A stretch of DNA of 64,000 nucleotides from the human T2T-CHM13v2.0 reference genome, Homo sapiens. A program made the translations under genes and the position numbers. Position 1 is the first letter of the stretch; every line of letters begins with the position of its first letter. A model generated the notes under the pieces. The model made no database searches. It saw only the letters and a list, made by a program, of their open reading frames with translations, and had not been told where the DNA came from. Positions 58,147-64,000 of the stretch are shown one piece after another. The stretch lies in the NCBI RefSeq assembly GCF_009914755.1, contig NC_060926.1; one strand, 5' to 3'.

Positions 58147-58942
58147 ATGGGGGGTGTCTGGTGTGTACGTGTCTGTGGTGTGCGTGTGTATTGTGTATAT
58201 GTGCGTATGGTGTGTGTGTTTTGTGTATGTGTTGTGTATGTGTATGTGGGGTGTATGGTGTGTGTGGTGGATGTCTGTGGTGTGTATATGTGTTTGTGTT
58301 TTGTGTACGTGTGTGGTTTGTGTAGGATGTGTGAGGTGTGTGTGGTGTGTATGTGTGGGGGTGTATGTGGCATATATGTGTGTGGTGTGTATATGTGCAG
58401 TATGTATGGTGTGTGTTGTATGTGTGTGGTGTGTGCGTGGCATGTGTGATTGGTTGTGAGTATATGTGGTATATGTCTTTATGGTGTGTGTGTGTGGGGG
58501 GCATGTGTGTGGTGTGTGTGTGGCATGTGATGTGTGTGTGGTGTGTGCGTGGTGTGTGTGTGGCATGTGAGGTGTGTGTGGTGTGTGCGTGAGTGTATGT
58601 GGTATGTGTCTGGGGGCATGTGTGTGGTGTGTGTTGTATGTGTATGTGTAGTGTATGTAAGTGGTATATGTCTATGTGGTGTGTCTGTGTGGGGGGGGCG
58701 TGTGTGGTGTGTGTGTGTGTGTGTAGTGTATGTGTTGTGTATATGTCTGTGTGTTGTGTACATGTGTGGTGTTTTGTGTGTGTTGCATGTTGCATAGATG
58801 TGTTTTATGTCTGTAGTGTGTGATGTACGTGTGTGGTGTGTTTTTTGTGTGGTGCATGTCTGTGGTGTGTGTGATGTGTGTATATATGCATGTGGTGTGT
58901 GTTTTTTGTGTGTAGCATGTGTTGTGCGTGTGTGGTGTGTGT
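58147..58942. repeat. ~800-bp degenerate GT/TG-rich low-complexity repeat in ALK intron 23
   Basis: Continuous GTGTGTG/GTGGTGT/GCATGTG motifs; source of the Cys/Val-rich and His/Thr-rich spurious ORFs. Confidence 0.95.
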
Positions 58943-61676
58943 CTGGGAGGGGCTGTGTGCATGGGTGGGGTGGGGTGGGAGGAGCTGTGGACATTGGCAA
59001 ACCCGATGCTGAATCTAGACTCGCAGAGCATTGCCAGCCAGTGCACCCTGGGACCAAGTGATTTTTTCATCTGTACCCATGCATTTCGTTTCCACAACAG
59101 GCACGGCTGACCTGGGCATCCACTCTGTCTACCGCGTCTGCACATCCGTTCTGTCATTTCATGTTTGCACAGATGTTGTCTGAGGCCAGAGCCTTTTATC
59201 CCATCTCAAAGGGTCTTTGATCCTGATCTAAGGTCTGTGGAGCCACTGAGCTACAGAGCTGGCAGGAAGTGAGGACAGAGACCTCTGATTCTGCACCTCA
59301 AGCCTGGTTCCTGCACACAGTAGGTCATCAGGGAACCCCTGGGAGTATCAGGAGTATCAGGGTGATTCCAACAAGCGAATCAGGTGGAATTCAGGCCTCT
59401 GAAGTCCAAGTTTCAGAATCTGGAGGCACACCTCCGCCTACTTTCTCTTCATGGCACATGTTTCTCCATCCCTCATGTCCCTTGGCCGATTCACCCTCCT
59501 TTATCCTGTGTAGGATTTACTGATATTAGTCCTGTCTGTCTGCTGGAAATCACATTCCTTTCTCACAGTCCACTGAATCCTCATCTTACAAAGTTGGATT
59601 TTGTGGCCCCGAGAATCCATGCAGGAAGCCCAGCTAAGCCCCAGGGAAGCTGCTGCCACAAACACATCTGCATTGGTGGCTCTAGAGGGCCACAATTGGA
59701 CATTTGAAATCGGCCAAGGATCCCAGGAAGGACAGCTCACCTGGGCCTGGTGGGTGTATGGGAGGCGGGGAGGACCATGACTGGGGTGCTGCCTGGGTGT
59801 GCCTGGTTGGCAACGAGAGCCACACAGAGGAAAAGCGGGGCCAAGGGTTGAAAGAGCAGATTGGGTGAGGGTGGGACTCTGGCCCTGAGAAGTGGCTCTT
59901 CCAAGGACAGGCCCCCTCCCCGTTCTGGGGGTCCCTCAGGTAGTGCCTGCTGTTAGAGGGTAGAACTTGGGGACAGGCTCCTGTTCTGACTCTCCGAGGG
60001 TGGCACTCTGGGGTGGGGGTAGTGAGAGAGAGAGAATGATCTGCCTTTCCTTGCTGGACTATGTTCTTTGTAATAATATTGGAATCATCTTTCATCATCA
60101 AAGGAGAGAGATGCCTTTGTCTTTGAGAGAGGGAGAGAGAAAGGGGGAGGGGAGAGAGGGAGAGATAGAGACACACCACTCCTCACTCCTGCCATCTCCT
60201 GCCCCCGAAGTCCTTGAACTTGCCAAGTGCTGGGCTCCCAGACTCCCTTTGCAAAGTCCCTCTCCTTTGCATGCATACAACTTTCTCTCCTTAAGCCTCA
60301 GGAAGGTCCAGTGGGAGAACCAGGGCTGTGCCTCTTCCCAAAGTGTGATGCCACGTGTCCCCCACTGACAGCAGTGCTGCTGAGAATCTCAGGGCATGAG
60401 GGCCAAAGGCTCTGCCCTCCTAGGTGGTGGTGGGAAAGCCAGTGAATCTGATGCCTGTACCATGGCAGAGATGCCTGGATGCCTGGCAGTGTTGGCTCTA
60501 AGGACACAACCTCATCTTGATAGTTTACAGCTTCCCAGAGGGGACCACTGGATAAGCAGTAAGTTGGAGAGGGCACTGAATCAAGAGTCACAAGGCCTGA
60601 GTTCTAGTCCCAGCTCTTCCACTTCCTGTGTGGCCATGGCAAGTCCCGTAATCTCTCTGGGCCACCGTTTTCTCATCCATAGAATTGGGGAGAGACCTGC
60701 ATTGTCTGTTCATAGGGTGGTGTTGAGAAATGTGAAAGGTCTGAGGAGGATGCCAGCTGATGAGGGCTCTTATGAGACAGACAGGTGTAGTCTTTATCTC
60801 CCTGCTCCCTGCCCAGTCCTCCTGCCAGGTATGCTCAGGTGCACACAAATTCCTCTTCTCAAGGGGTAAGACAGTATTCTTCTTAGATACTGAGATGGGT
60901 CACCCAGTGGCTAAGGTGAAGGTATTTTACATGGATCCTGACTGAAGGTGGAGATCAGAATAGCTATGACCTTGCAGGGCTTCCATCACCACTTTGAGTC
61001 CCTTTGAGCAGTGTGGTCAGGTTGGGCTTTCTGGAACCACTGGCTGTCAGTCTTCCCTCCTTTCCTGGGAGCGGGAGGGTGGCCGCTGCTTTTACTGTGC
61101 AAGTCTTCCTTGTGATCCCCATAGTACAGTGGTTTGTTGAGGAAGCCTGGATCCTAACCTTGGGGCCTGCTCAGCTCCAGTTCCTGGTATCCGGGGCCTG
61201 CTGAAGACCTGCAGACCCAAGCATGGGCAGCTGGGCTCTGGGTCTGCCCAGGGTGCTATGTTTAATAATTTAGAACCACCTTTGAGATGTTCTAGTCCAA
61301 TCCTCAGATCTCACCTGTGAGGATACCCAGGTTAAAGGTTTAAGACTGCCCTAAACTACACGGGTGTCTAATGGCCAAGTTGGAGCTGGAGCTTGGGATT
61401 CCTGGGTCCACCCTGGGTATCTTCACGTCCCAAGCTCTGTTAACCATAAGATGTGTGTAGCACCTTCCTAAATATACGGTTGGAATGTCCAGGTATTATT
61501 ATCCCTACTTGAGACGTGAGGACTGTGGGCTCTGAATGAGTAGCTGCAGAGTGACCTGCCCAGGTCAGTTGCTTGAGTAGTTACATGGCTGTCATGAAAG
61601 TTCTCCTCTGTGTTTGTCTCTAGTTTGGTTTTCCAGAGTCAGCAGGCCATGAGAATGGATCCAGGCTATAGAATGT

Positions 61677-62048
61677 GGATATGGTTTGGATTTGTGTCCC
61701 TGCCCTAATCTTACGTTGAATTGTAATCCCTAGTGTTGGAGGAGGGGCCTGGTGGGAGGTGATTGGACCATGGGTGGATTTCCCCCTTGCTATTCTCATG
61801 ATAGTGAGTGAGTTCTCATGAGACCTGGTTGTTCAAAAGTGTACAGCGCTTCCCCCTTCATTCTGCTCCTGCCATGTAAGACGTGCCTCCTTCCCCTTCA
61901 CCTTCTGCAATGATTGTAAGTTTCCTGAGGCCTCCCCAACCATGCTTCCTGTACAGCCTGCAGAACTATGAGCCACTTAAATCTCTTTTCTTTGTAAATT
62001 ACTCAGAGTCAGGTAGTTCTTATATAAATGCAAGAATGGACTAATACA
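61677..62048 (+). mobile_element. THE1D/MST-like MaLR solo LTR, antisense to ALK
   Basis: GATATGGTTTGGATTTGTGTCCC ... GGACTAATACA; TSD AATGT/AATGC. Confidence 0.88.
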
Positions 62049-62094
62049 AATGCATTGCAGGAGCCTTGCACAAGCTCCTTGGGGCTGGGGCTCA

Positions 62095-62439
<345 letters not shown>

Positions 62440-63918
62440 TTAACTGAGCTGAGTCTGGGCAAATCTTAAACTGGGAGGAACAGGATACAAAGTTACATTT
62501 TCAGCAGCTACAATGTATAAAGGCATTCTGTAAACATGGGCAGCAGGGGTCCCGGGCTGAGCCTAAACCCAGAATCTTGCTGGTGAGCAGGTGGGAAGAA
62601 CCACAGCAGGCTCCACAGGAGTTCCATTTGCAGGAGAGTGGCTGGAGCTGTGAGGATGTTGCTCAGGCACTTGGGTGAGGAAGTGTCTCAGGGGGCAGGA
62701 GAGTGTCTTTCTCAGATACTGGTGCGTGGACTGGGTGCTAGAATTCATGGTCGATTTCTCCCAGGAAGGCCTCAGGCAGAAGGTGAAGCAAAACAACTGC
62801 TTCTAAGAGAGACTGGGTGAGACTTGCCAAGTGACAGCGTGTGAAACAGAGCCAGCAAAAGGGGATGGCCTCACGAGTCTATCAGTTTCCCGTGGATTCC
62901 TCATGGGAGGGACCAAGACTTGGGTTTTCTTGTTAACATGATCCCTTTAGGACACACAGGGCAGTAGGGCCTAGGAATTCCACATGGGCCAACATGCATG
63001 TGTGTGCATACACACATGTACACACAGCCCCCCAAGTGTTGAAAGACTGGGTGATTAGACACCAACATAATAATGGTTAGTTACCACCAAGTAGTGAGAT
63101 TTGAGTGATATGGGTCTTCTTCAATATAATCTCATACTTGCCAAGTTTTATTCATAATCAGGAATTATATGTATCATCAGAAAATAAATGTTATTTTGTG
63201 TGTCCTCCTGTGGTTCCAGACCTCACAGCCATATCACTCACACTGCCTGGCCTTGTTACCCCTGCCACTTCCACCAAGGGGACATCCCAGTCTGCCCCCA
63301 CCTGTCAGGACGTTCAGAGTCTTCCCAGTGTGACAGGGGGCCATGAGCCCCCACCTGATCTTGAGGTCAAATATCTGCCCCCTCCTTGAGGGGATCTGCT
63401 GTCACAGCGGACGCCCTCAGGAGCCATAGGCACTCAGACTCTCAGCTTAAATCCAGATCTTGGAGCCTCAAGTCAAAAGGTGCAGCCAGCTGAGACTCAG
63501 CCCTGCTGATGGGAGCCTAGGATGGGGTGGCCTCCCATCATATTAGAAGCACAATTACTGGGATTGGTGAAGGGTCTTGGAGGGAGATTATATCTTGTAC
63601 TGTCAAAGTCTAGCATGCTCCATTTCTTAAGAAAAAGTGAGGGAAGAAGAACCAGTGGATAACAGCAGGGATACTGGTTGCAGACAGTGACATCGGTGGG
63701 ATTATTAGGCCACACAGACTTTGTTTCTGAAACAACCATCAAGGGTTGTTCCATTCTGGTAAGAAGTGTCTAGAATGTTTGGGAGTCTCCTACTGGAGAA
63801 AAGGGGACATGCTAGGGACAACACGATTTCCCTTGGAGATATCGATCTGTTAGAAACCTCTCCAGGTTCTTTGGGGGCAGAGGGGAGTTGGGGTGAGGGT
63901 GTCTCTCTGTGGCTTTAC

Positions 63919-63983
63919 CTGATGATCAGGGCTTCCATGAGGAAATCCAGTTCGTCCTGTTCAGAGCACACTTCAGGCAGCGT
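63919..63983 (-). CDS. ALK: ALK exon 22 ([22 protein letters not shown])
   Basis: 65 nt; CAG acceptor, GTAAAG donor; alphaC helix of the kinase. Confidence 0.96.
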
Positions 63984-64000
63984 CTGGGCAGAGAAGGGGA

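Noticed and set aside
58015-59157. Many overlapping Cys/Val-rich and His/Thr-rich ORFs
   Set aside because: Translation artefacts of the TG/CA low-complexity repeat.

Overview
Eukaryotic (human) genomic DNA, recognisable as the chr2p23 tail-to-tail junction of two genes. On the + strand are the last five coding exons of CLIP4 (CAP-Gly domain linker protein 4; 1793-23348) and its ~1.9 kb 3'UTR. On the - strand are exons 22-29 of ALK (kinase domain and C-terminal tail; 34679-63983) and its short 3'UTR. All 13 exons have GT-AG boundaries and splice into continuous reading frames. The rest is intronic or intergenic DNA rich in Alu, L1, L2, MIR, CR1, MaLR/ERVL LTRs, DNA-transposon MITEs and simple repeats. 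There are no prokaryotic systems, CRISPR arrays, tRNA or rRNA genes. Main observations: (1) an internal 5' splice site in the CLIP4 terminal exon joins in frame to a CpG-rich cryptic + strand exon inside ALK intron 27, predicting a CLIP4 isoform transcribed antisense through ALK with a new C-terminus; (2) an intronic stop and poly(A) signal giving a CLIP4 lacking its last CAP-Gly domain; (3) a 239-bp ancient palindrome beside ALK exon 26; (4) a ~300-bp templated duplication bounded by a perfect 16-bp inverted repeat, plus a perfect 61-bp tandem duplication, in ALK intron 26; (5) inverted Alus bracketing the in-frame DFG exon of ALK. Repeat subfamily names and gene numbering come from recalled consensus and reference sequences and need RepeatMasker or alignment confirmation.
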